Made by a program: the position numbers and the translations under genes. DNA of 50,808 bases, from sequence record DRR723986_1345. One strand, 5' to 3'. Each line of letters begins with the position of its first letter. Positions within the stretch are counted from its first letter, which is position 1. Below the pieces are notes generated by a model that worked only from the letters and a program-made list of their open reading frames with translations, was not told the origin of the DNA and searched no databases. Below are positions 28,031-39,609 of this stretch, in pieces.

Positions 28031-28759
28031 ATGACCTACAACAATGGCCAGACAATGACACTACGTGCCCCAAACGGGCACCGTGTGCGGGTCCGGTTCG
28101 AGGTAAATGCCAAGGCCAGACGGCTGATTCTGCGCCTCGACGAACGCCGCCGCGAGGCCGTCGCCGTGGCCCCGTCACGTCGCCAAATCAAGGATGCTGC
28201 AGCTTTTGCTGCAGAACGCGCCGACTGGATATCGATGCGCCTGCAGCACCTTCCGGAACCTGTCCGGTTCGAGGAAGGCGCCATGATCCAGTATCGCGGC
28301 GCGCCGCTCCAGCTCACCTCGGAAGGCGAGGGCCGGATCGCCAAAATCTGGCCTGAAGACGAAATTTCCCCGAGATTACTGAGTGTTCCGGGTGACCCGG
28401 AGACGATGGACCTGCGTGTGATGCGCTTCCTGAAGAAGCAGGCCCGGGCGGACCTGACTCGCGCGGTAAAGCGCCACACGGCCACACTCGGCGTCGTCCA
28501 CAAGAGTATTTCGGTGAAGGATACGCGCTCGCGCTGGGGGTCTTGCACGCATGACGGGCAACTTTCCTTTTCCTGGCGCCTGATCATGGCCCCGCCCGAA
28601 GTGCTGGACTATGTGGCCGCGCACGAATGCGCTCACATTCTTGAGATGAATCACTCGCCGAAATTCTGGGCACAGGTGGCCAGATGCTGCCCGGACTGGA
28701 AGCGCCACCGCTCCTGGCTGCGCACCCATGGGGCAGGCCTGCAGGCCGCCGGAGAGTAA
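28031..28759 (+). CDS. M48/YgjP-family (DUF45) zinc hydrolase
   Basis: SRWGSC, FSWRL, YVAAHECAH, NHSPKFW. Confidence 0.88.
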   Translation: MTYNNGQTMTLRAPNGHRVRVRFEVNAKARRLILRLDERRREAVAVAPSRRQIKDAAAFAAERADWISMRLQHLPEPVRFEEGAMIQYRGAPLQLTSEGEGRIAKIWPEDEISPRLLSVPGDPETMDLRVMRFLKKQARADLTRAVKRHTATLGVVHKSISVKDTRSRWGSCTHDGQLSFSWRLIMAPPEVLDYVAAHECAHILEMNHSPKFWAQVARCCPDWKRHRSWLRTHGAGLQAAGE

Positions 28760-28866
28760 TCCGCACAAAAACAAAGAACCGTGCCTTGGGCAGGCGCACC
28801 AGCGCCCTGAAAACCCGTGCGCGGCCCCACCTTAGTACACAATACGGATTCAGAATCCAGCCTGCA

Positions 28867-30801
28867 TCAGGCGGTGGCCGGAGACTCGGAGGATTCCTCT
28901 ACCGCCTCGGCTGCCGGGGTCTCCGCTTCACGCGGCGGGCCGAAGCTGATCAGCATGACGCCATCTCCGCCTTTCACCTCACGGTGAGGCCCGAGGAAGT
29001 TCAGCGCGCCGTCCGGGCGCAGCTCCGCGACAATATCGGCTTTCGGGCGGTCGCGCTTGAAATGCTCGATATCATAGGTGTCGGTCAGCCGGGTCTTGGA
29101 GAACTCCCAACCGCGATAATGGTCGCGGATCAGGCTGTCATAGCTGCGCCCCCGGCGGATCAGCGTCCGGCCGCGCGTGGAGAGGCCCAACGTGCGATGA
29201 TCGTCTTCCTCGGTCTCCTGCGCAGAAAGCTGGAACACTTTGTGGCGGCCGAGCTCCGGCGCGAAATGACTGGAGACGAGGGCATTATAAGGCTCGTTCG
29301 CCGAGAGGCCGAGCACCTGGTCAAAGGCTGAATGGTCCAGCCGCACTTCAGCATCTTCCGATAGGACCTCTCCAAAGAAGGTGCTGAGGCCGGCTTCGCG
29401 CGCAGGGCGCAGGCGCCGCCAGGTATTGTCCGCCAGGATCGGCTCGATGCCGATATCCTTGAGCGTGCGGGCAAAATCGATACTCCATGGATTGACGCCG
29501 ACCAGCAGCACGCCGGGCCGCTCCTTGCGGGCAAGACCCAGACGCCGGGCCAGCGGGCCAATGGTGAAGCCGTGCAGCACGACGGTCGTGAACACCATGG
29601 CAAAGGCCAGCGGCGTAATCTGTTCGGCGCCGGAGAAGTAGAATTTGGAATCGCCCTGACGGCCGAGGTCGGCGAGCAGGGTCGCGAACAGGCTGGAGAC
29701 GGCCACGGCAACCACACCGCGCGGCGCGATCCAGCCGAGCAGCAGCGCCTCGTTCCGCTTCAGCGTGCCGAAGGTCGAGATCCAGACCGAAAGCGGGCGC
29801 ACCACGAACAGCATCACCATCAGGAAGGCGAGCGTATTCCAGGTCAGGGCCCGCCGGATCACGTCCGGCGTCAGGTTTGCCGTCAGGATCACGAACACGC
29901 CGGAGACGAGCAGGACAGCGATGTCTTCCTTGAACTTGCGCAGTTCGTTGAGGCCGGCGAGGCGCGAATTGGCCAGCGTCATGCCGTAAGCGGTGACGGC
30001 GACGAGCCCGATTTCCTTCTCGATCATCTCGGCCATGGCGTAACAGAGGATGATCGAGGCGAAGATGATCGGGGCCTTCAGATATTCCGGCGTCCAGCCC
30101 TGGCGGAAGGCGCGCACCATGCCGAGGCCAAAGGCGATGCCGAGGCCCACGCCCAGCGCGGCGGCGAAGACGATCATCGCGCCTTTGCCCAGGATGGACT
30201 CGCCAGTCGCGGCAACTCGGATGATTTCAAAGGAGGCAACGGCGAACAGGGCGCCCACCGGGTCGTTGACGATGCCCTCCCATTTCAGGAAGGCCCCTGC
30301 ACGGCCGCCCAGCTTCGACTGGCGCAGAAGCGGCATGATCACCGTCGGCCCGGTAACCACCAGTACGCCAGCAAACACAACGGCGCTGCCCCAGTCGAGC
30401 CCGGCCACATAGCGGGCCGCGAGCGAGCCCAGGAACCAGGCCAGAGGCCCGCCAAGGAAGACCATCCGGCGCACGGCGGCGCCAGCTTCGCGCAGGGTCT
30501 CGAATTTCAGGACAAGGCCGCCCTCGAACAGGATCACGGCCACGGCCAGCGACACGATGGGGCGCAGCAGCTCCTTGCCGCCGCCATTGAACACGCGCTG
30601 CGGGTCCAGCAGTGCCTCACCGAAAATCACGGCCCACAGCGGTCCGACAGCAAGGCCTGCCAGCGCCATCAGCACAATGGCCGGCGCCTGCAGCCGCCAG
30701 GCGAGCCATTGCGCGCCGATCCCCAGCGCCCCGATCAGGGCGCAGGCAAAGATAAGCTCGCTTGACCCCGCACTCGCCAGGGCAATCTCAAAGCCGTTCA
30801 T
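28867..30801 (-). CDS. CPA1 (NhaP-type) cation:proton antiporter with a C-terminal cytoplasmic domain
   Basis: ILFEGGL, VTGPTVI, WEGIVNDP, APRGVVA. Confidence 0.9.
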   Translation of the reverse strand: MNGFEIALASAGSSELIFACALIGALGIGAQWLAWRLQAPAIVLMALAGLAVGPLWAVIFGEALLDPQRVFNGGGKELLRPIVSLAVAVILFEGGLVLKFETLREAGAAVRRMVFLGGPLAWFLGSLAARYVAGLDWGSAVVFAGVLVVTGPTVIMPLLRQSKLGGRAGAFLKWEGIVNDPVGALFAVASFEIIRVAATGESILGKGAMIVFAAALGVGLGIAFGLGMVRAFRQGWTPEYLKAPIIFASIILCYAMAEMIEKEIGLVAVTAYGMTLANSRLAGLNELRKFKEDIAVLLVSGVFVILTANLTPDVIRRALTWNTLAFLMVMLFVVRPLSVWISTFGTLKRNEALLLGWIAPRGVVAVAVSSLFATLLADLGRQGDSKFYFSGAEQITPLAFAMVFTTVVLHGFTIGPLARRLGLARKERPGVLLVGVNPWSIDFARTLKDIGIEPILADNTWRRLRPAREAGLSTFFGEVLSEDAEVRLDHSAFDQVLGLSANEPYNALVSSHFAPELGRHKVFQLSAQETEEDDHRTLGLSTRGRTLIRRGRSYDSLIRDHYRGWEFSKTRLTDTYDIEHFKRDRPKADIVAELRPDGALNFLGPHREVKGGDGVMLISFGPPREAETPAAEAVEESSESPATA

Positions 30802-30836
30802 ATATGCCCCATTTCAGGTGATGCCCCTGCGGAAAC

Positions 30837-31361
30837 CTAAACGTCCTGCTGGTTCGTGTCATCTGCGAAGTCAAAGCCGATCACCCGGCTGCCGTATTCG
30901 CCATTCTTGTAGCGTTCGATCTGATCGGTAAACCAGTTCAAAATGTGGGAGTAGATGTGATCATAGAAAGGCAGCTGGGTCTCGAAACTGATAGGCAGCT
31001 TGAATTCGTATTCCGAACCGTCCTCGATGCTGACCTTGAAGGTCTCGCCCACTTTCCGGCATTCCATCGTGATGCGCAGCCAGTCATTGCCGCGCGACAG
31101 GCGCACAGCCAGGCCGAACGCCACCGGTGACAGGGTGCGGAAGCCGCGCGGCGGCATGGAAAAGGCCGCATCGCCATAGGCTTTCGGCTCAAACTGTCCC
31201 TTTGGCGGCACCAGATAGACGCAGGGTATCTCGCCCATGCCGATATAATCGCACAGGCCGCCGCGGATCTGTTCGGCGAGGCCGCGAATCCGGTCGTAGT
31301 TCTCGGTGGCCAGCGCCTGATAGGTCTCAACGGTCTCGACCAGCTTGTCTAAACGGGACAT
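30837..31361 (-). CDS. Hypothetical cytoplasmic protein
   Basis: GGAGG RBS before ATG 31361; good codon bias; no family recognised. Confidence 0.7.
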   Translation of the reverse strand: MSRLDKLVETVETYQALATENYDRIRGLAEQIRGGLCDYIGMGEIPCVYLVPPKGQFEPKAYGDAAFSMPPRGFRTLSPVAFGLAVRLSRGNDWLRITMECRKVGETFKVSIEDGSEYEFKLPISFETQLPFYDHIYSHILNWFTDQIERYKNGEYGSRVIGFDFADDTNQQDV

Positions 31362-31410
31362 GGCTGCGGGCCTCCAAACATTCGGGAAAGTGCGGGTACC
31401 GGAACAGATA

Positions 31411-32421
31411 TTACAGCTCCAGCGGGCGTCCTTCAAACTGCAGTGTCGTGGCCAGCGGACAATGGTCCGAAGCCTTCGGCTCGCTCCAGCCTACGCCAGG
31501 AAAACGTGCCCCCTCATAACGCCGCGCGCGAAAAGGGGTTCCCGCACGAACGATGCGTACGTGTGGTCTCGCATTGCGCTGCGCAAGTGCCGGGGAAAGG
31601 AAGATGTGGTCCAGCGCGCCATATGTGTCGTCGCCATTATAGTGATGGGTCCACCGGTCATACGGGTCGGCGACGGCATGGGTGACGAGATCGACCGCGA
31701 ACACGTCATCTATCAGGGGGCCGAGGCCATGATCGTGCAGGGCCTGCCCGTCGCGTTCGAAGTAGTCGTTGAAATCGCCGAGGATCACCCATTCGGCGGC
31801 AGCGGGATCGGGAAAGCGCCGCTCGATGAGCAGGCGCACGGCCTGCGCTTCCGCCTGCCGGATTGCGCGCGTCTTGTGCCGGCCGCCGAACATCGACTTG
31901 AAGTGACAGATAAAAAGCGTCAGCACGCGCCCGTCCTTCAGGATGTCCGCCTCAAGGCAGTCCCGCCGGAAGGCGTAGTCATTGATGCTCAGTCCATTTG
32001 GCGGCTTCAGTCCCAGCGTGCCATAGGTTTCCCGCGCATGGCTGCGATAGTGGATTACTGGCAGACGTGACAGCAGGCCAACATCGATGCCGCGGGAGTC
32101 ATTCCCTTCGAGCAGCACACGCTCCTCGAACGCCCCGCCCGACCAGCGCGCCAGGTAGCGCGTGTCGAAGGCCGTCAGCGTGACGAGGTTCTCCACCTCC
32201 TGCAGGGCGCAGACTTCGGCCTGCGTGGCACCCAGCGCTTCGGCGGTCAGCGTCCGGTCATCTTCGGAGAGCACGTTGAAAACGGAATCCACCTGCGCTG
32301 CGACGGCGGCATCGTCGACCTCGGTCAGCCGCTCCCGCGCCCGCTTGATGCCCGCATGGGCAAAGTCGCAGCGCATCATCAGGTTTTCGCAATTGAAGGT
32401 GGCGAGGCGAAGTTCAGGCAT
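31411..32421 (-). CDS. Endonuclease/exonuclease/phosphatase family protein
   Basis: ATFNCENL, LQEVE, HFKS, GDFND, LDHI, ASDHCP. Confidence 0.9.
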   Translation of the reverse strand: MPELRLATFNCENLMMRCDFAHAGIKRARERLTEVDDAAVAAQVDSVFNVLSEDDRTLTAEALGATQAEVCALQEVENLVTLTAFDTRYLARWSGGAFEERVLLEGNDSRGIDVGLLSRLPVIHYRSHARETYGTLGLKPPNGLSINDYAFRRDCLEADILKDGRVLTLFICHFKSMFGGRHKTRAIRQAEAQAVRLLIERRFPDPAAAEWVILGDFNDYFERDGQALHDHGLGPLIDDVFAVDLVTHAVADPYDRWTHHYNGDDTYGALDHIFLSPALAQRNARPHVRIVRAGTPFRARRYEGARFPGVGWSEPKASDHCPLATTLQFEGRPLEL

Positions 32422-32454
32422 TCCAGGGAGTGATGCGTTCAGCTCAGACCGGGG

Positions 32455-33252
32455 TCAATGCCTCGACTGCCGCGTCGGAGGATCTGAGGCTTCCTCCGCG
32501 CCGAGAGCGTGCAGCAGACCCAGCGTGGCCTGGCGCGTGGACTGGAGGCTTTGCCCATGAAGAACGGAAAACTCCATCATGGTGCGCAACGTAGCTGCGA
32601 GTTCCGGCGTATCGCGGACGAGTGCCACGAATTCCTCTTCCGGCATCTCTATGAACGGGCTGAGGCCCTGCTTCTGGCCGACAAAGACGGCCTGATTCCG
32701 GAATGTCCTGAATGTCGTATTCTGCGCCGCTTCGATATCCTCCCATTGCGCGCGGTAGGCCTGCAGCTTCGTGACGAAATCATGGTCCCGGACCAGGTCG
32801 AGGCGGCCGGTAGCCATCAACGTGTCGAAAGCTGTGCTGCTCTGACCGGGATATAAGCGCACAATCGAAAGCGTCCACAGGTGCCGCTTGTCTTCATCCG
32901 ACATGTCCGCCGGAGCCGCCACGCCCACCTGCCCCCCTGGGAGGAACCGGACGTTGACCGGCATCGTGATCGTGGCCGTCGGCGCCAGGCCCGCCTGGTC
33001 CAGTGTGTAATAAGCAGCGCGAACATTGATGTTCGCCATGTCGATCCCGCTCTGCAGGTTCTGCGCATCCGCTTGCAGATCAACGACGATCTTCGCCAGG
33101 AAGTCCCGCTCAAGCGAGGCATCAGCGCGCGACTGGTTCCAGTTGCCGAGCTGGATACCGATGAACACACCGAACACGACGATGACAAAATCAATCGCCA
33201 CCGCCGCCCAGTTCTGGGCCTTCACATGTTCCATGACACGCCGAAGCAGCAT
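32455..33252 (-). CDS. Membrane-anchored hypothetical protein (DUF6090-like N-terminus)
   Basis: QNWAAVAIDFVIVVFGVFIGIQLGNWN followed by a helical domain. Confidence 0.7.
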   Translation of the reverse strand: MLLRRVMEHVKAQNWAAVAIDFVIVVFGVFIGIQLGNWNQSRADASLERDFLAKIVVDLQADAQNLQSGIDMANINVRAAYYTLDQAGLAPTATITMPVNVRFLPGGQVGVAAPADMSDEDKRHLWTLSIVRLYPGQSSTAFDTLMATGRLDLVRDHDFVTKLQAYRAQWEDIEAAQNTTFRTFRNQAVFVGQKQGLSPFIEMPEEEFVALVRDTPELAATLRTMMEFSVLHGQSLQSTRQATLGLLHALGAEEASDPPTRQSRH

Positions 33253-33318
33253 CCGTGCCCCCCGCCAACGAATAGTGAGGCACTATAGGCCTGTCTTCGC
33301 CGGGTAGACAAATGCCGA

Positions 33319-34200
33319 TTAAGCGGCCCGACGCCCGACAAAACGCGCTGCGGTCGATGCCCGCTCAACAGCCCCCGCATCGGGCCGTAGGTCTGCCGGA
33401 ATGGCGGCGCGGCCGAGTTCGACGCAGATGCCGGGCTGGATGCCGCTGCCGAAGGCGGCGAGCGTGGTGCGGGCGGTTTCCAGCATGATGGCCTCGTCCT
33501 CCACGACCTGTCCGAAACGAGCGGCCAATGGCCCGACAACGCCATAGGCGAGGAACACGCCGAGGAAGGTGCCGAGCAGCGCGGTGCCGATCATGGCGCC
33601 CAGCACGGCGGGCGACTGGTCGATCGAGCCCATGGTGCGGATGATGCCCAGCACGGCGGCGACAATGCCGAGCGCCGGCAGCGCGTCGGCCACGGTGTGC
33701 AGCGCGGCGACGGCCTTCATGCGGCGACCAAGGTTCTGTTGGATCGACTGGTCCATATGCGCTTCGGCGCGGGCCGGGTCTGACAGGTCCAGCGCCATCA
33801 GGCGGAAGGCATCGCAGATGAGGGAGCGGGCGGCGGTATCGTCGCGGATGGTCGGTGCAGCGGCGAAGGTTTCGGACTCGATCGGGTTTTCGATGTCGGC
33901 CTCGATGGAAACAAAGCCGCCCCGGCGGGCCCCCCGCATCAGCGTGCCCAGCAAGACCAGCATCGACTGGTAGTCCTCCTGCCGCCATTTGGCGCCGGTG
34001 AACGCCTTTAGCACCCCTGCCCCGGCCTCTTTGGCGACGGCGGGCGAATTACCGATCACCAGCGTGCCAATGGCCGCCCCGCCGATCAGGGCGAGCTCAA
34101 GCGGCAGCGCTTCCATCGCCATATGGCCGCCCGTGTAGACAAGGCCGCCAAAGACGAGCGCGACAACAAGGATGAGGCCGATCAGCTGTGGCAAAGCCAT
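33319..34200 (-). CDS. motA: Flagellar stator protein MotA
   Basis: LIGGAAIG, IEADIENP, LPALGIVAAVLGII, GTFLGVFLAYG. Confidence 0.88.
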   Translation of the reverse strand: MALPQLIGLILVVALVFGGLVYTGGHMAMEALPLELALIGGAAIGTLVIGNSPAVAKEAGAGVLKAFTGAKWRQEDYQSMLVLLGTLMRGARRGGFVSIEADIENPIESETFAAAPTIRDDTAARSLICDAFRLMALDLSDPARAEAHMDQSIQQNLGRRMKAVAALHTVADALPALGIVAAVLGIIRTMGSIDQSPAVLGAMIGTALLGTFLGVFLAYGVVGPLAARFGQVVEDEAIMLETARTTLAAFGSGIQPGICVELGRAAIPADLRPDAGAVERASTAARFVGRRAA

Positions 34201-34327
34201 GTCCCTCCGAAAGAATATGCCACTTTCGCACGGGGGTCTTAAGCCAAGGTTGCGCCCGGATGAGCAAGAGGGCGTGCCCCGGCGCACGATTATGTCTATA
34301 AAAACAGAACCCCAGTGGAGTTTAGTC

Positions 34328-34807
34328 ATGCGCGTTGCGACCTTTGCCATCTGTCTTCTGGCCACCCTGCCCGCCGCGGCAGAGCCGGTGCAGGCGGCGG
34401 GCGACTATCGCACCTGCACGCCGGAACACAGCGAAGCGGGGCGCGGCCTTGTGGCGAAATCCTGCGGCACGCTGGCCGTGCCGGATTTTTCAGGCGTGGA
34501 GTTCCAGTCCGCCGGAGAGATGGAAGATGCCCGCTCGCTGCGCGACGGCTTCCTGCTGGGCGTGAAAGTCTATGGACGCTGTGTCTCCGACTTCATCACC
34601 GCGCAGCAGCAGCCCAGCACTTCAGCAGACAGCCCGGCCGCCGATCAGGCCGCCTGCGCCCATTCCTGGGCCGAGGACAAGGCGACGGACGTGATCCGCG
34701 GATTCGGACAGGCCTGTATCGCCTATGCCAACCGCTCCGTCTTGGACATACGCCTGCCGGTCTATGACGGCCCGTGCTATCCGGAAACGGACGAGACTGG
34801 CGGCTGA
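34328..34807 (+). CDS. Secreted cysteine-rich hypothetical protein
   Basis: Signal peptide ending AAA-E; six Cys in the mature part. Confidence 0.6.
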   Translation: MRVATFAICLLATLPAAAEPVQAAGDYRTCTPEHSEAGRGLVAKSCGTLAVPDFSGVEFQSAGEMEDARSLRDGFLLGVKVYGRCVSDFITAQQQPSTSADSPAADQAACAHSWAEDKATDVIRGFGQACIAYANRSVLDIRLPVYDGPCYPETDETGG

Positions 34808-34811
34808 GACC

Positions 34812-36647
<1,836 letters not shown>

Positions 36648-36696
36648 GGCCTTCATCTGTAGCGGCCGCGGACGGACGCGCAACAATCGGGCGCAC

Positions 36697-36729
36697 AAAA
36701 ATGGCCGCGCCCGGGGAGGGGCGCGGCCA
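36697..36729 (-). terminator. Intrinsic terminator after ompW
   Basis: TGGCCGCGCCC / GGGCGCGGCCA 11-bp stem with a T-tract on the minus strand. Confidence 0.75.
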
Positions 36730-36782
36730 AGTTACCAAGTCTTCCGCAAGAAAAGGGATATAAACGGAAGCTCAGGGAGACT

Positions 36783-37454
36783 TTAGAATTTGTAGCCGAA
36801 GCCGAGACCAACAACCGTTGGGTTGATGTCCACATCGGCTTTCACCGTGGCGCCGAGGGCGGTGGTGAAATCGACAGTGACGTCGCTGTTGATCCAGATC
36901 TTCTTGACGTCGGCATTGAATGCCCAGCCGCCCGGTACGCCATCCAGGTCGTAGTCGAAGCCGACCTGCAGCGCGGGACCGATGCTTGAGTCATAGTCGA
37001 TGCTGTCAGCTGTGGAGCCTTCGTCTTCATTGTAGAAGAGCGTGGCGTTGATGCCGGCACCGACATACGGTTTGAACTTGCCGCCATTGTCGAAGTGGTA
37101 TTGCAGCGTCAACGTCGGGGGCAGAACCCACACATCGCCGAGTTTCACGTCAGCACCGCCGACGGCAGCCACGTTCGTGGCGGTCACGTCATGCTGGGCT
37201 GTCGCCAGGATCAGCTCTGCAGCGATGTTCTTGTTGAAGAAGTAGGTGATGTCGAGTTCAGGGACATATTCGTCGCTGATGTCGACGCTGCCGCCAAGCG
37301 CGGCGCCGCCAACCGTCAGGTCAGCAGACTCGCTTGGAAGCACACCGATGACTCGGCCGCGGATCATCCACGGATTGTCATCAGCCGCTGCGGCCCCCGC
37401 AAAAGTTGTCCAAGTTGCGCTCGCCAGGAGCGCGGCACAGAAGAGGCGTTTCAT
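36783..37454 (-). CDS. ompW: OmpW family outer membrane protein
   Basis: Signal peptide, PELDITYF, LPPTLTLQYHF, PYVGAG, C-terminal GYKF. Confidence 0.93.
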   Translation of the reverse strand: MKRLFCAALLASATWTTFAGAAAADDNPWMIRGRVIGVLPSESADLTVGGAALGGSVDISDEYVPELDITYFFNKNIAAELILATAQHDVTATNVAAVGGADVKLGDVWVLPPTLTLQYHFDNGGKFKPYVGAGINATLFYNEDEGSTADSIDYDSSIGPALQVGFDYDLDGVPGGWAFNADVKKIWINSDVTVDFTTALGATVKADVDINPTVVGLGFGYKF

Positions 37455-37761
37455 GTCTTTCCCTCCATGAAAAGAATGCCGATGGGCAGGAGATAGACCC
37501 CTGTTTTTTAGGATAATATTTGCCAGTTTGACGCGCGCCGAGGTGCCGCGCGACACGGGCGCGCAATTAGGTAGTTCCCCGAATTGTGAGGGGCTGTGAG
37601 CTCATGCAAATTCACAGAACGCAACCCGAGATGGGATGGGTTAACGCCGGTGAACCCTATTGTGTTCGACAGGGCGGAACGCCGCATCCACCGACCGGGG
37701 GCTTGCGTCTTGTCCCCTCCCTCCGCAAGAGTGCGCGCGCTGTATTTGAGGAGCCGCACCC

Positions 37762-38895
37762 ATGCCCGTTTTGAACTTCCTGACGACCTGCTTTTTTGAT
37801 TCCGGCGCGCTGATGCAGCTGCCGAAAGCCGTCGCCAATCTGGGCATCACCCGCCCTTTCATCGTGACAGACCCGGGCATCAAGGCCGTCGGCATCCTGG
37901 CGCAAGTTGAAGATGCGCTCGGCATGCCTGCGGCCGGCGTGTTCGCCGAAACCGTTCCGAACCCGCTGGAATCCCAGGCCAAGCTGGCGGCGGCGGCCTA
38001 CAAGGAATGCGGCGCCGATGGCCTGATCGCCGTGGGCGGCGGGTCGTCCATGGACCACGCCAAGGCCATTGGGCTTCTGGTCAGCCACCCTGATCCGCTG
38101 GAAACCTATGCGGCGATCACCGGCGGCGCGAAGAAGATCAAGAAGATCCCGCCGCTGATCGCCATCCCGACCACAGCCGGCACCGGCTCTGAAGTTTCCG
38201 TTGGCCTGATCTCGACGCTTGAAAACGGCCGCAAGGAAACCATCGTTTCCCCGAACCTCATTCCGGCCGTTGCGATCTGCGACCCGGACCTGACGCTTGG
38301 CCTGCCGGCCAGTCTGACGGCGGCGACCGGCATGGACGCCGTCACCCACTGTATCGAAGCCGTTCTGACGCCAGCGATCAATCCGCCTGCAGAAGGCATC
38401 GGCTATGATGGCGTCTACCGCGCCATCGGAGATGGCTGGCTGAAAAAGGCCGTACAGGACGGATCGGACCCGGATGCCCGGTGGCACATGATGATGGCGA
38501 GCTATGAGGGCGCCCTTGCCTTTGTGAAAGGACTTGGAGGCGTGCACGCCCTCTCTCATGGCGCGGGCCGCCTGCATGAGAAGAAACTGCACCACGGCAC
38601 GCTGAACGCGATCTTCCTGCCGCATATCCTGCGCTTCCATGAAGGCGCTGCAGACGCGAAATATGCCCGCCTTCGCGAGGCCATGAGGCTGAAGGAAGGC
38701 GCCGACCTCGCCGACGCGATCGCAAGACTGAACGAAGACCTCGGTCTTCCGTCCACGCTGAAGGAAATCGGCCTCGGCATGGAAGATGCCCAGGGGATTG
38801 TCGAATTCGCCCTGGAAGATCTTGCGCATTCCGGAAATCCGAAGCCTATGGAGGCTGACGATTATGCGAAGGTCTACGAGGCCGCGCTCGGATAA
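37762..38895 (+). CDS. Iron-containing alcohol dehydrogenase (4-hydroxybutyrate DH-like)
   Basis: GGGSSMD, PTTAGTGSE, DAVTHCIE, HALSH, HHG. Confidence 0.9.
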   Translation: MPVLNFLTTCFFDSGALMQLPKAVANLGITRPFIVTDPGIKAVGILAQVEDALGMPAAGVFAETVPNPLESQAKLAAAAYKECGADGLIAVGGGSSMDHAKAIGLLVSHPDPLETYAAITGGAKKIKKIPPLIAIPTTAGTGSEVSVGLISTLENGRKETIVSPNLIPAVAICDPDLTLGLPASLTAATGMDAVTHCIEAVLTPAINPPAEGIGYDGVYRAIGDGWLKKAVQDGSDPDARWHMMMASYEGALAFVKGLGGVHALSHGAGRLHEKKLHHGTLNAIFLPHILRFHEGAADAKYARLREAMRLKEGADLADAIARLNEDLGLPSTLKEIGLGMEDAQGIVEFALEDLAHSGNPKPMEADDYAKVYEAALG

Positions 38896-38907
38896 GGAGC
38901 CTCACTC

Positions 38908-39582
38908 ATGGCGCGAAAGTTCGCCCCGATCCTGAAGATGGCGGCTGGTCATCATGGCGGACGGGCGAACGCGCTGGAGATGTCGCAAAACTCGCACGCG
39001 GTGGCGGACCTTTCGAAAGTGTCCGCCGACCGTTTGCTGTCGGTCATGACACGCTGTGTGTTCAATGCCGGGTTCAACTGGAAAGTCATCGACGCGAAGT
39101 GGGACGGGTTCGAAGCAGCCTTCGAAGGCTTCGCTCCCGGCAAGCTCGCTTTCTTCGGCGACGAAATGCTGGACCGTCTGGTCTCGGACGAACGCATCGT
39201 GCGCAACGGCCAGAAAATCAAGGCGACACTGGAGAATGCAAAATTCGTTGCGGACGTGGAGGCAAAGGAAGGCGGCTTCGGGAACTTCCTCGCCAGCTGG
39301 CCGGCGGATGACCAACTCGGCCTGATGACAGCATTGAACAAGCGTGGCTCCCGTCTTGGCGGGGCGACAGGCGCTTATTTCCTCCGGTTTGCGGGCTGGG
39401 ATGCCTGGATCGCCTCGTCCCATGTCTGCGCAGCGCTGGTGCGCGAAGGGGTGCTGGACAAACCAGAGGCCAGGTCAAAGCGCGACCTCACCGCCCTTCA
39501 GGACGCGATCAACGCCTATTACGATGACAGCGGCCTGCCCCGCGCCCAGATCAGCCGGCTGCTCGCCATGAGCGTCGGCTGA
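38908..39582 (+). CDS. DNA-3-methyladenine glycosylase I-like protein
   Basis: VFNAGFNWKVIDAKWDGFEAAF, IVRNGQKI, RLGG--G-YFLR. Confidence 0.75.
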   Translation: MARKFAPILKMAAGHHGGRANALEMSQNSHAVADLSKVSADRLLSVMTRCVFNAGFNWKVIDAKWDGFEAAFEGFAPGKLAFFGDEMLDRLVSDERIVRNGQKIKATLENAKFVADVEAKEGGFGNFLASWPADDQLGLMTALNKRGSRLGGATGAYFLRFAGWDAWIASSHVCAALVREGVLDKPEARSKRDLTALQDAINAYYDDSGLPRAQISRLLAMSVG

Positions 39583-39609
39583 CCGCCAACTGATCCGGGC
39601 CAGCATCTC

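Noticed and set aside
37528-37541. FNR/FixK-like box upstream of ompW (TTGACGCGCGCCGA)
   Set aside because: Only the left half matches TTGA-N6-TCAA; too weak to call despite the plausible context.
37586-37799. Small ORFs in the ompW/ADH intergenic region
   Set aside because: Overlap the ADH start out of frame, poor codon bias, no recognisable features.
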